Made by a program: the position numbers and the translations under genes. Positions 1 through 10,507 of a stretch of DNA of 33,539 nt are shown piece by piece. Location: the sequence record SRR20825006_1837, one strand, 5' to 3'. Each line of letters opens with the position of its first letter. Position 1 is the first letter of the stretch. The notes under the pieces are model-generated. The model did no database searches. It was not told where the DNA came from and was given only the letters and a program-made list of their open reading frames with translations.

Positions 1-24
1 TACGACGGACTTCCGAGTCCGTCG
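1..24 (+). repeat. REP-like palindrome (GTA-CGAYGGMCT-TCCR-AGKCCGTCG family), 5' end cut by the window edge
   Basis: TA CGACGGACT TCCG AGTCCGTCG: 9-bp perfect stem with 4-nt loop. Same family as 4768-4792, 8465-8489 and 8613-8637. Confidence 0.8.
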
Positions 25-152
25 GTGCCACGGACGATTGACTTTGACGGATTTGGAAAGGCCATCGCTCCGCACCCCAACCCAAGCGTTTTGGCAATCC
101 GTTGTGCGTCCGCCACACGATGCCTGCGACATGGTCTTCGCCGTCGAATGGA

Positions 153-569
153 TCACTCGCCGGTCAGCTTTCCCATGCTGATTCGTTCTTCGACTTGGAA
201 TCCGAGCGATTGGTAAAACGCGACGACCTCGCTGTTGTCGGCGATCACTTGCAAGTTCACCTTGGGGCAACCACGACGAGTCAGCTCCGATTCGGCGTGC
301 CGGACCAATCGCGTCCCCACGCCACGTCGGCGGAATGCAGGCGACACCGCGACGGAATACAGCCATCCACGATGCCCGTCGTAACCCGCCATCACCGTGC
401 CCGCCACGTTCACATCGTCCGTCGCCACAAAGAACAATCCATCGTCCGCAGCCATTTTGCGATCGATCGAGGTGCCAGGATCATTGTGCCCTGTAGATCG
501 AGGGAACACCGCCAACCAAAGATCCACGACGTCGTCACGATCTTCGGCGACGTAATTGCGTATCAGCAT
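153..569 (-). CDS. GNAT-family acetyltransferase, YpeA-like
   Basis: GTVMAGYDGHRGWLYSVAVSP-RRRGVG (acetyl-CoA motif A), GCPKVNLQV, FYQSLGF, ISMGK. Start placed at ATG 569 (MLIRNY); the ORF track extends to 605. Confidence 0.88.
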   Translation of the reverse strand: MLIRNYVAEDRDDVVDLWLAVFPRSTGHNDPGTSIDRKMAADDGLFFVATDDVNVAGTVMAGYDGHRGWLYSVAVSPAFRRRGVGTRLVRHAESELTRRGCPKVNLQVIADNSEVVAFYQSLGFQVEERISMGKLTGE

Positions 570-646
570 GGATCCTCGCCCGAAAGACATTCCATTGACG
601 CCCAAATAACAACTGCTTCGCGATCAAGGTCGCGAAGCCCCGCGAC

Positions 647-1251
647 TCAAGGCAGCAAAAAAACCTGGAGCTTGCGGCATCCGTGGGCACCGAGCACCAA
701 AGACTGCTCGATATCGGCCGTCTTGCTGGGACCGGATACAAAGACGCCAAAACCGGGACTGGGCGTACCGATTCGGGCATACGCTTCGTGCATGTTGTTC
801 AGCAGATCAGATCGAGAGATCACAATCGCCAAGTACTGAGCGATGAAGATCATGACTCGGTGAGGCAACGTTTTGCCATCGATCCAAATCGCTCCATTTT
901 CCGCCACACCAAACTCGCCCCGAACGATTGTCCAGTCCAATGTCGACAATGCATGCGGGTCATCGATGGTTGCCAAATCCACGGTGGCCGTCACCGCATC
1001 AGGAACGGTCGAGGCAATCCGGCGTGCGGATTGGAAGACCTCGATGGTTTGCAACTTCTCGTGAATTTCGCTGGGCGAGTCGACCAACTGAGCTTCGCCA
1101 CCCACTGATGCCAAAGTTTCTTGAAACTGCTGCAGTCGGTCATCGAACTGAACGACGCGAGCGGGATCGATCGTGGGCAACTTGGGCGCGTCCACGACGC
1201 AGCCTTTCAACCGATCCAAAATGACTTGCCGACTGTTGGGTTTGGGTTCGC

Positions 1252-1255
<4 letters not shown>
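647..1255 (-). CDS. lutC: Lactate utilisation protein C (LUD domain; LutC/YkgG/LldG)
   Basis: GVAENGAIW and FVSGPSKTADIEQSLVLGAHG motifs. ATG at 1255 overlaps the lutB stop (ATGA). Confidence 0.9.
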
Positions 1256-2703
<1,448 letters not shown>

Positions 2704-2733
2704 TCAGATAAGAACACCGGACCGGTCAGTCGG

Positions 2734-3528
2734 TTACCGACTCGCGATCGCCGGTGAGGATCGATCCGATCCGGACGAACCAGACTGCATCGCTTCGACC
2801 AGCACCTCAGCAATGTGCTTGACCGACATTGGCATGTTGCGTCGGCGAATCAACCCACCCATGTGCATCAGACAGCTCATGTCGCCGGCGATCATCACTT
2901 CGCTGCCGGAGGAGATGTGGTCGGTCACACGGTCGATTCCCATCGCCACACTCGTCTCCCTTTCAGCAACCGCAAACGTGCCGCCAAAACCACAGCATTC
3001 ATCGACTCGGGTGATTGGTTTGATTTCGATTCCGTCCAATGATTCCAGAAGCATCCGCATTTTGTCTTCTCGCGGCGTCATATTTTCACTGCACGCCCCG
3101 AGACGCAATTCTCTCAAGCCGTGGCAACTGGAATGAATGCTCACTGGGCGGTTGAAAGTTCCTGAAATCGAGCGAACCCCCAACCGGTCGACGACGAATT
3201 CACACAGCTCGAACGTGTTTTCACGCAAATGCTGGAATTCCGTGTCATCGGGCCGAAAGTAATCGGCATAATGATTCCGAATCATCGACGCACAACTGCC
3301 CGAGGGGCAGACCACTGCATCGTATCCCGCGAACCTCTTGACCCATTGCTTGGCGACGGGAGCCGTGTCAGCATCGCAACCGGTGTTGGCCATCGGTTGT
3401 CCGCAACAGGTTTGCCCCGCGGGATACTCGACCTGGACCCCTAAACGTTCCAACAGTGTCAATGTCGCAATCGCGACATCCGGAAAGAACTGGTCGATGT
3501 AGCAGGGGATGAACAGAGCAACAGTCAT
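2734..3528 (-). CDS. lutA: Lactate utilisation protein A (two CCG domains; LutA/YkgE/LldE)
   Basis: LFIPCYIDQFFP, QTCCGQP, PSGSCASM, HSSCHGLR, ECCGFGGTF, GDMSCLMHMGG. Start at ATG 3528 (MTVALF); first gene of lutABC. Confidence 0.92.
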   Translation of the reverse strand: MTVALFIPCYIDQFFPDVAIATLTLLERLGVQVEYPAGQTCCGQPMANTGCDADTAPVAKQWVKRFAGYDAVVCPSGSCASMIRNHYADYFRPDDTEFQHLRENTFELCEFVVDRLGVRSISGTFNRPVSIHSSCHGLRELRLGACSENMTPREDKMRMLLESLDGIEIKPITRVDECCGFGGTFAVAERETSVAMGIDRVTDHISSGSEVMIAGDMSCLMHMGGLIRRRNMPMSVKHIAEVLVEAMQSGSSGSDRSSPAIASR

Positions 3529-3720
3529 GCGAAGCTGAGAAGTGGGGCAGATGAGAGGAAAATCGCGCATGGAGGCAAACAGATCGCGCTAACGCAAAGA
3601 GTATAGACTAACGGTCCAGTGCCGTAGAGAACGCCCTCTGCGGAAATGGTTCCGGTTGATTTGTCGCTCCTCAAGAGTCAGGATGAAGTCCCGCCACCAT
3701 TCGCTTCCTTCGGATGAAAC

Positions 3721-4725
3721 ATGATCTCCGCCGCCAAACCCACCACGTGCACGCTGGTTGTTTCCAAGGGACAATCTCGTAATCCGGCCAAACGAGGCCT
3801 GGAATCGGCGATCGCACAGGCCGCGGGACAGCTCGACGGTGTCGAAGTCATCATGGTCCCTCACTTGTACGATTTGCCCAAGGGTGGCGAATCTCTGGAA
3901 TTGCTCCAGAAAATCGAGGGCGACCTGATCGTCTGCAGCTGGATTTTCTCGCGAGCCGCCCACTGGGTCCTCGACCGCAACGGAATCGGTGGCGCCACCG
4001 GCGAAGTCGAACTGGGTGCCGACGACCTGGACGAGGAAGAGGCGCCTTCCGCAACCGCTGAATCAGCATCGGAAGAACAAGAGCCGGTCGATCGAGTGAC
4101 AGATTTGTACCCGCGCCCCGACCGCACCATTCACTGCCTGGACCTGAAGGTTTCCGAGTCCGCTGACGACTTCATTGGCGAAATCAAACGCATATTGAAC
4201 ATCGCTGAAGAGGCCGATCGATCGCTGCCCATCGTGGGCGGCAAGATTGTCGAAGTCGACGAAACGACCAGCCGTCGCTGGTACCCGGTCATCGACTTCA
4301 GCCGCTGCACAAACTGCATGGAATGCATCGATTTCTGCTTGTTCGGCGTCTACGGCGTCGATGGAGTCGAAAACATTCTGGTGGAGCAACCCGACAATTG
4401 TCGCAAAGGTTGCCCGGCGTGCAGCCGAGTGTGTCCCGAGAATGCCATCATCTTCCCGCAACACAAAGCCCCCGCGATCGCCGGCGCCATGACCGAGGGA
4501 GACGAAGGATTCAAGATCGACCTGTCACAGCTCTTCGGTGCTCCCACCGACAAGAGCGACCCGATCGCGACCGCCGCCCGAGAACGCGACGAACAGTTGC
4601 TGCTCACCGGTCGTGAAGCGGTCGGGATCGACGACAATCTAAAAAAACGACAGGCTGCCTTGAACGAGAAACCCAAGGACAACCTGGATCGCCTGATCGA
4701 TTCGCTGGACGAACTGGATTTGTAG
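3721..4725 (+). CDS. Protein with an uncharacterised N-terminal domain and a C-terminal 2x[4Fe-4S] ferredoxin domain
   Basis: WYPVIDFSRCTNCMECIDFC and NCRKGCPACSRVCP cluster motifs, acidic linker. Divergent from lutA. Confidence 0.85.
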   Translation: MISAAKPTTCTLVVSKGQSRNPAKRGLESAIAQAAGQLDGVEVIMVPHLYDLPKGGESLELLQKIEGDLIVCSWIFSRAAHWVLDRNGIGGATGEVELGADDLDEEEAPSATAESASEEQEPVDRVTDLYPRPDRTIHCLDLKVSESADDFIGEIKRILNIAEEADRSLPIVGGKIVEVDETTSRRWYPVIDFSRCTNCMECIDFCLFGVYGVDGVENILVEQPDNCRKGCPACSRVCPENAIIFPQHKAPAIAGAMTEGDEGFKIDLSQLFGAPTDKSDPIATAARERDEQLLLTGREAVGIDDNLKKRQAALNEKPKDNLDRLIDSLDELDL

Positions 4726-4767
4726 AGTATTCGCGACAGAGATTCTTGGGCTGGACGACATCCAAAC

Positions 4768-4792
4768 CGACGGCCTTGGAAGGCCATCGTAC
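4768..4792 (-). repeat. REP-like palindrome, same family as 1-24
   Basis: Minus strand reads GTA CGATGGCCT TCCA AGGCCGTCG. Lies between the convergent ferredoxin gene and fumC. Confidence 0.8.
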
Positions 4793-4809
4793 TTGGGTTG
4801 TTGGTTTCT

Positions 4810-4832
4810 CTCGGCGGGGACCGCCGAGCTAC
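4810..4832 (-). repeat. GTAG-tagged REP-like palindrome (second family)
   Basis: Minus strand reads GTAG CTCGGCGG TCC CCGCCGAG: GTAG foot plus perfect 8-bp stem. Single copy in the window. Confidence 0.6.
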
Positions 4833-4850
4833 AGGTTGGATAGATCGGAG

Positions 4851-6275
4851 CTAGGCTTGTGGCTCGGTCATTTTCCAAGGATCCAACGCTTCGGTCAGAA
4901 CGTCGTCGGCCAAGATCCCTTTTTCTTTGCACAGCTCGCGAATCGTTTGACCGGACTTAAACGCTTCTTTGGCCAGCGCAGCGGCTTGTTCGTATCCGAT
5001 CAACGGGTTCAGACTGGTGCACATCGAGAGGCTCTGCTCCACCGAGGCTTCGCAAGCTTCTTCGTTGGGTTCCATGCCATCCAAGCAGAAATCGATGAAC
5101 GCGGTGACGCCGCCAGCCAACAACTCGATGGACTCCAAGATGGTGTGAGCCATCACGGGCATCATGATATTGAGCTGGAAGTTGCCGCCGCAGCCTCCGC
5201 TGACCGTCATGCACGTGTCGTTTCCGATCACGCGGGCGGCGACCTGCATCAGCGACTCGCACATCACCGGATTGACCTTTCCGGGCATGATCGAGCTGCC
5301 CGGTTGGCGAGTCGGCAGTTTGACTTCATAGAAACCGCAACGAGGTCCGCTGCCCAGCCAGCGGATGTTGTTCGCCAGACCGAGCAACGTTTGAGCGACG
5401 CACTTCAATCCACCGTGTGAATCCACCAAACCATCGCGGTTCGCGTTGCCTTCGAAATGGTTGACCGCTTCGATGAAAGCGATGCCGGTTTGCTCTGACA
5501 AACTGGCCGCGACGCGAGCACCAAATTCAGGGTGCGTGTTGATGCCGCTGCCAACCGCCGTGCCACCGACGGGCAATTCCAGCACCGCGTCGCGGGCCGC
5601 TTCGGCGCGGGCGATCGACAATTCGATTTGACGAGCAAATCCGCCAAATTCCTGCCCCAAACGCAACGGCGTTGCGTCCATCAGGTGAGTACGTCCGATC
5701 TTGATGATCTTGTCCCAAGCCTGGGCTTTTTCCGTCAGCGATTCGTGCATGCGTCGCAATGCTGGCAGCAATCGATTTTCAATTTCGTATGCGGCCGCAA
5801 CATGAATTGCGGTTGGGAAGGTGTCGTTGGTCGATTGCCCCATGTTGATGTGATCGTTGGGGTGGATCGACTTTTCCTCCGCCATCCGGTCGCCGCCATC
5901 GATTTCGATCGCGCGATTGGACAGCACCTCGTTGATGTTCATGTTGCTGCTGGTGCCGCTGCCCGTCTGGAACACGTCCACGGGGAACTGATCCGCCAAC
6001 TGTCCCTCGGCGACTTCCTTGGCCGCTGACAACATCGATTCGACTTGACCATCGCTAAGCGGGTTCTTGCCCGACCCCGTCAACTTTCCGAGATCGCGGT
6101 TGGCGATCCCGCACGCCAATTTGACACGTCCCATCGCCGCGATCATCGACGGCGGAAGCTGCCATCCACTGACAGGAAAGTTCTCGACCGCACGTTGAGT
6201 CTGGGCACCGTAGTAAGCGTTTTGCGGCACGCGGACTTCGCCCATCGAGTCGCGTTCGGTTCGAAAATCGGTCAT
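4851..6275 (-). CDS. fumC: Class II fumarate hydratase
   Basis: RTERDSMGEV N-terminus, QTGSGTSSNMN, HPNDHINMGQSTND, KIGRTHLMDATP and the GSSIMPGKVNP signature. Start at ATG 6275. Confidence 0.96.
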   Translation of the reverse strand: MTDFRTERDSMGEVRVPQNAYYGAQTQRAVENFPVSGWQLPPSMIAAMGRVKLACGIANRDLGKLTGSGKNPLSDGQVESMLSAAKEVAEGQLADQFPVDVFQTGSGTSSNMNINEVLSNRAIEIDGGDRMAEEKSIHPNDHINMGQSTNDTFPTAIHVAAAYEIENRLLPALRRMHESLTEKAQAWDKIIKIGRTHLMDATPLRLGQEFGGFARQIELSIARAEAARDAVLELPVGGTAVGSGINTHPEFGARVAASLSEQTGIAFIEAVNHFEGNANRDGLVDSHGGLKCVAQTLLGLANNIRWLGSGPRCGFYEVKLPTRQPGSSIMPGKVNPVMCESLMQVAARVIGNDTCMTVSGGCGGNFQLNIMMPVMAHTILESIELLAGGVTAFIDFCLDGMEPNEEACEASVEQSLSMCTSLNPLIGYEQAAALAKEAFKSGQTIRELCKEKGILADDVLTEALDPWKMTEPQA

Positions 6276-6557
6276 AGCGATAGCTGGATCAACAAGGAGG
6301 AAAAACGGGTCGTCAAAAGCAAAAACCGTGATGCCGGTCATGGTAGCAATCCACTGAAACGGCGCGAACGACGCCCGAAACCCAAACTCTGCGATGGTTT
6401 CTGCTACTATCTGGCGTTCGGTCGAATCGTAGGAAACGAATCGCAAGACACGGCGGCCGAAAGTTGGGTGGGCAGACTGCACTGCCCCCCAAAACTCTGG
6501 TCTTCACAATCGACATTGGATACGAATCGGATGATGCCTTGGGATAATGGGTCGGCG

Positions 6558-8423
6558 ATGAAACGCTTGGCCGCTTGTTTGGGTTTGCTCTCGCTCGTGA
6601 TGTTCTCGGGCAACCTCGATGCTGCTGAAGCCGCCGCTGAGGTTGGTTCACAAGCTGCTGAATCCATCTCCATGACTCCCATTTGGATGGTCCTGGCAGG
6701 CATCGTCAGTGTTTTGGCCATGATCATTGGGCTGAAACTCAACGCTTTCCTGGCTTTGATCATCTCGGCGCTTTTCGTCAGTCTCTTGGTTGGATTTCAA
6801 TCCGGAGCCGATGCGGGATCCCGGATGGAAGCCGTTGTCTCAGCCTTTGGAGGTTCGGCGGGTGGCGTCGGCATCGTCATCGCGATGGCGGCGATCATCG
6901 GCAAATGCATGCTAGACAGCGGTTCGGCCGACCGGATCGTTCGTACCGCGGTCGGTGTCACCGGTGAAAAGAAAGCCTCGCTGGGTCTGATGGTCAGCGG
7001 TTTCATTCTCGCCGTGCCGGTGTTCTTCGATACCGTTTTCTATCTGCTGGTCCCCCTGGCTCGCAGCCTTCACAAACGAACGCAATCCAACTACCTGCGA
7101 TATTTGATGGCCATCGCCACCGGCGGGGCGATCACACACACGTTGGTTCCACCGACTCCCGGCCCGCTATTGGTGTCCGCCATTTTGGGAGTGGACATTG
7201 GAATGATGATGGCCGTCGGTGCTGCCGTTGCCATCCCATCAGCGATTCTCGGACTCGTGTTTTCAATCATCGTTGACAAAAAGATGCCGGTCCCGATGCG
7301 GCCGCTCGGTGCCAATGAAGACAAACACGAACCGTTGGCCGAAGAACAATTGCCGTCGCTTTGGGCTTCGATGCTACCTGTCATTCTGCCAGTGGCCTTG
7401 ATTGGCGCGGGCACCCTGGCGACGACGTTGGCCGACAAGGAAGATCGCGCGGCGATCACCGCTGCTGACATCGAAAGCTTTGAATTGCTCAGCGAGAAGT
7501 TCACCGACGCCAGCGCCATGTCACCGGCCGGTCGTTTGGTCGGCAGCTCGAAACTGACCGACGAACAACGCGAAACGCTGAAGACTCCACCGACCAGCCC
7601 TGAACAAGAAGCCTTGTTTGTCGAAGCGATGAACGACGCTTTGCTTGATCCTGATTTTTACGATGCCGATGCCTTTGACGATGTCGATATCCCCGAAGTC
7701 AGCAGCAAATTGATGGCTGCCAACCAACTTCGAATGAAACCGGTCGATCGTCGTCGCATGAACCGTGCTCTTTTGGATGCGGCCTACCCGGAACTGCTCG
7801 CCGCTCATCGCTGGGACAGCTCGATGCGAAAGACCGCCAATTCACTCGGTCTATGGAGCAACCCGAACTTCGCATTGTTGTTGGCTGCACTATCGGCGAT
7901 TCTGACCTTCAAAATCGTTCGTCAGTTGTCATGGAGGGATGTCGGCGTCGATGTCGAAGAGTCGTTGATGAGTGGCGGCGTCATTATCTTGATCACCGCC
8001 GCCGGGGGTGCGTTCGGAGCGATGCTCAGTGCGACCGAAATCGCTGACACGATCCAGCAATTCTTCGAAGGCCGCGAAGCCGCCGGATTGGCGATTCTCT
8101 TGCTCGCTTGGTCCATCTCAGCAGTGCTGAAAGTCGCCCAAGGCAGCAGCACCGTCGCGATGATCATCGGCGCCGGGATGATGGCCGCGATCCTTGGCGG
8201 GCAACAGCCTCCATTCCACTTGGTCTACGTCGCGACGGCCGTGGGCAGTGGATCGCTGATGGGAAGCTGGATGAACGACAGTGGATTCTGGGTGTTCACC
8301 AAAATGGGCGGACTGACCGAAAGCGAATCCCTTCGAAGCTGGACGCCGTTGTTGGCAACCCTGTCCATCGGCGGTTTGGTCACCACGATCATCCTCAGCC
8401 AAGTCATCCCAATGGCAAGCTAA
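6558..8423 (+). CDS. GntP/DsdX-family permease with signal-peptide-like N-terminus and a large hydrophilic insertion
   Basis: KLNAFLALI, IIGKCMLDSGSADRI, PVFFDTVF, THTLVPPTPGP, LITAAGGAFG, KVAQGSSTVA, SWMNDSGFWVF. Start probably ATG 6558 (MKRLAAC). Confidence 0.9.
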   Translation: MKRLAACLGLLSLVMFSGNLDAAEAAAEVGSQAAESISMTPIWMVLAGIVSVLAMIIGLKLNAFLALIISALFVSLLVGFQSGADAGSRMEAVVSAFGGSAGGVGIVIAMAAIIGKCMLDSGSADRIVRTAVGVTGEKKASLGLMVSGFILAVPVFFDTVFYLLVPLARSLHKRTQSNYLRYLMAIATGGAITHTLVPPTPGPLLVSAILGVDIGMMMAVGAAVAIPSAILGLVFSIIVDKKMPVPMRPLGANEDKHEPLAEEQLPSLWASMLPVILPVALIGAGTLATTLADKEDRAAITAADIESFELLSEKFTDASAMSPAGRLVGSSKLTDEQRETLKTPPTSPEQEALFVEAMNDALLDPDFYDADAFDDVDIPEVSSKLMAANQLRMKPVDRRRMNRALLDAAYPELLAAHRWDSSMRKTANSLGLWSNPNFALLLAALSAILTFKIVRQLSWRDVGVDVEESLMSGGVIILITAAGGAFGAMLSATEIADTIQQFFEGREAAGLAILLLAWSISAVLKVAQGSSTVAMIIGAGMMAAILGGQQPPFHLVYVATAVGSGSLMGSWMNDSGFWVFTKMGGLTESESLRSWTPLLATLSIGGLVTTIILSQVIPMAS

Positions 8424-8425
8424 CC

Positions 8426-8637
8426 GCAGGATGGTCCCTTAGGCCGTCGACCCTACTCCTGCCAGTACGATGGCCTTCCGAGGCCGTCGAAACGGATCGG
8501 CCGGAAACCTTCAGGTTTTCCCGGAGGTATGCTGCTACGCAACAACCATCTGACATCCCTACCGGGATGAAGAAAGACAGTGGCCGAGCAGAAAAGCGGC
8601 AAGGAATCGCTTCGACGGACTTGGAAGTCCGTCGTAC
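8426..8637. repeat. REP cluster: degenerate copy (8426-8449), + copy (8465-8489) and inverted - copy (8613-8637) flanking a hairpin-rich spacer
   Basis: GTACGATGGCCTTCCGAGGCCGTCG on +, GTACGACGGACTTCCAAGTCCGTCG on -. Fills the convergent gap between the GntP gene and rny. Confidence 0.8.
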
Positions 8638-8656
8638 GGGCAGGCAGCACGAGGGC

Positions 8657-10225
8657 TTATTTGGCCGTGTTGGTGAAACGAGCCTCGCGGACCACGGTGA
8701 CTTTGATCTCACCGGGGTAGGTCAGTTCTTTTTCAAAGGTCGATGCGATGTCGCGGCAGATCGCTGCGGCTCGTTCGTCGCTGACTTGTTGGCTGCCGAC
8801 CATCACTCGCAATTCACGCCCCGCCGAGATGGCATAGGCCTGCTGCACACCATCAAAACGCTGAGCAATCGATTCCAACTCTTCCATTCGCTTGACATAA
8901 CGTTCCAACGATTCGCGACGAGCACCGGGCCGGGACGCACTGCATGCATCCGCGGTTGCGACCAACATCGTGTAGGGAAACTCCGTCACGATTTCGTCGT
9001 GGTGCCCCTTGGCCGCGTGCACCACTTCATCATTCTCCTTGCTGCGACGAAGCAAGTCGGCACCAATCTTCGGGTGCCCACCTTCGAGCTCGTGGTCCGC
9101 GGCTTTTCCGATGTCGTGAAGCAATCCGCAACGACGCGCCAGATCACCATCCAGTCCAATCATCTCAGCCATCATGCCGGCCAAGAATGCGACTTCGACG
9201 CTGTGCCGCAGAACGTTTTGGCTGTACGACGTTCGGAAATGCAATCTTCCAAGCATCTCGATCACACGATCGTGAAGCCCTGACACATTCACTTCGCCAG
9301 CTGCTTCTTGGCCCTTTTGCAAGATAAACGCCTGGATCTCTTTGCCGGCTTGCTCCACCGTCTCTTCAATTTTTGAAGGATGGATTCGACCGTCCGCGAT
9401 TAGTTTCTCAAGTGACATGCGAGCGACCTCGCGGCGGACCGGATCAAAACCACTGACCACGACCACACCGGGGGTGTCATCAATGATCAGGTCCACACCG
9501 GTGGCTTTTTCAAAGGCGCGAATGTTGCGACCTTCGCGACCGATGATGCGGCCTTTCATATCATCGGTTGGCACCCCAACCGTGCTGGTCGTGGTGTCCG
9601 CTGTATGCACCGACGCGTAACGCTGCATCGCGGTGAGCAACATTTCGCGAGCCTGAGCGTCGACACGTCGGCCCAACTCTCGTTGATGCTTCAACACCGT
9701 CGAGCCGATCTCATGCTCGAGATCTTGACGCAACGATTGCATCAACTTCTCTGCCGCTTCCTCCTGGGTCATACCGCTGACCTTTTCAAGTGCTCGCTGA
9801 CTTTCCTGGACCAATCGATCCAATTCAGCACGTTGCTCGGTCAGGTTCCGCATTTGGGCGGCCAATCGCGTTTGGCTGCTTTCTAGACCACGTTGGGCTT
9901 TGCGAAGCGACTCTTGCCCCGACGCGAGTTGATCTTCTCGAGCGTCGAGTTTGCGATCACGGATTTGTTCCGTTTCGCGCATGGCCGCGACCTCACGATC
10001 AGCTTCGGCCTTGATGGCCAATGCTTTTTCGCGAGCGTCGACGATGATTTGATTGCCTCTTGTTTCAGCTTCGCGCCGAGCGGATTCGAGCACCGCTTCG
10101 GCTTCGGCATCAAGCCGTTCTCGGCGTTTGACGGCTTGACGCTGGATGAAGGCCAGAACAGCGGCAATACCGAGGAAAAAGAAGAATAGGCAATAAAGGA
10201 TTGTGGAGGCGAGTTGCGGATTCAT
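8657..10225 (-). CDS. rny: Ribonuclease Y
   Basis: N-terminal TM anchor, coiled coil, KH domain ([14 protein letters not shown]), HD domain ([33 protein letters not shown]) and C-terminal [12 protein letters not shown]. Confidence 0.97.
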   Translation of the reverse strand: MNPQLASTILYCLFFFFLGIAAVLAFIQRQAVKRRERLDAEAEAVLESARREAETRGNQIIVDAREKALAIKAEADREVAAMRETEQIRDRKLDAREDQLASGQESLRKAQRGLESSQTRLAAQMRNLTEQRAELDRLVQESQRALEKVSGMTQEEAAEKLMQSLRQDLEHEIGSTVLKHQRELGRRVDAQAREMLLTAMQRYASVHTADTTTSTVGVPTDDMKGRIIGREGRNIRAFEKATGVDLIIDDTPGVVVVSGFDPVRREVARMSLEKLIADGRIHPSKIEETVEQAGKEIQAFILQKGQEAAGEVNVSGLHDRVIEMLGRLHFRTSYSQNVLRHSVEVAFLAGMMAEMIGLDGDLARRCGLLHDIGKAADHELEGGHPKIGADLLRRSKENDEVVHAAKGHHDEIVTEFPYTMLVATADACSASRPGARRESLERYVKRMEELESIAQRFDGVQQAYAISAGRELRVMVGSQQVSDERAAAICRDIASTFEKELTYPGEIKVTVVREARFTNTAK

Positions 10226-10238
10226 TAGATTCTCGAAG

Positions 10239-10421
10239 CCGCTTGTTCATCCCAGCCGTGCACCGGTGGTCGAGCAGGTGCAGGACGCCTTGCATCACAC
10301 ATAATCGCGGCGAAACTGGGTTGGCAAAAGGGACGCCAACCGTCGCAACGCGAGTGAACAGCAGATAAATTATCAGCCACATGAGCAAAACGTCCAATGC
10401 GAAGCATGGGATTGAAAGCGG
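10239..10421 (-). ncRNA. Candidate structured RNA upstream of rny (6S RNA-like rod or structured 5' leader)
   Basis: Manual pairing on minus strand: CCGCUU/AAGCGG ends, AUCCCA/UGGGAU, GGACGUUUUGC/GCAAGGCGUCC, and apical UCGCG-GCGA-GGUUGGC/GCCAACC-UCGC-CGCGA. 183 nt; G-U pairs favour the minus strand; homologous to 18296-18347. Confidence 0.5.
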
Positions 10422-10442
10422 TGGTGTTAAGACGGAATCGCG

Positions 10443-10448
10443 AGTGTA
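10443..10448 (-). promoter_or_regulatory. Possible sigma70-type -10 element (TACACT) for the rny leader/ncRNA
   Basis: TACACT on the minus strand just 5' of the structured region. No convincing -35. Confidence 0.3.
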
Positions 10449-10507
10449 ACCGACCCAACTGACGCAGGAAACGGACACGAGCCCCCTTCGACGCTTCCAA
10501 CCATCAA

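Noticed and set aside
4277-4450. HgcB-type mercury-methylation ferredoxin
   Set aside because: No C-terminal Cys-Cys, the protein is far larger than HgcB, and there is no hgcA neighbour.
6045-6557. Long N-terminal extensions making fumC (to 6482) and the GntP gene (from 6045) overlap head-to-head
   Set aside because: Family homology starts at MTDFRTERDS (6275) and at or after MKRLAAC (6558). The extensions are artefacts of taking the longest ORF.
10319-10345. GGCAAAAGGGACGCCAAC resembling a c-di-GMP-I riboswitch core
   Set aside because: Lacks the GNRA-capped stem between GGCAAA and GACGC and the second hairpin. Better explained as the apical loop of the minus-strand rod.
10361-10377. GATAA-A-TTATC palindrome as a Fur box
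   Set aside because: Spacing does not fit the 7-1-7 Fur consensus, and the homologous block at 18321-18339 does not keep the palindrome.
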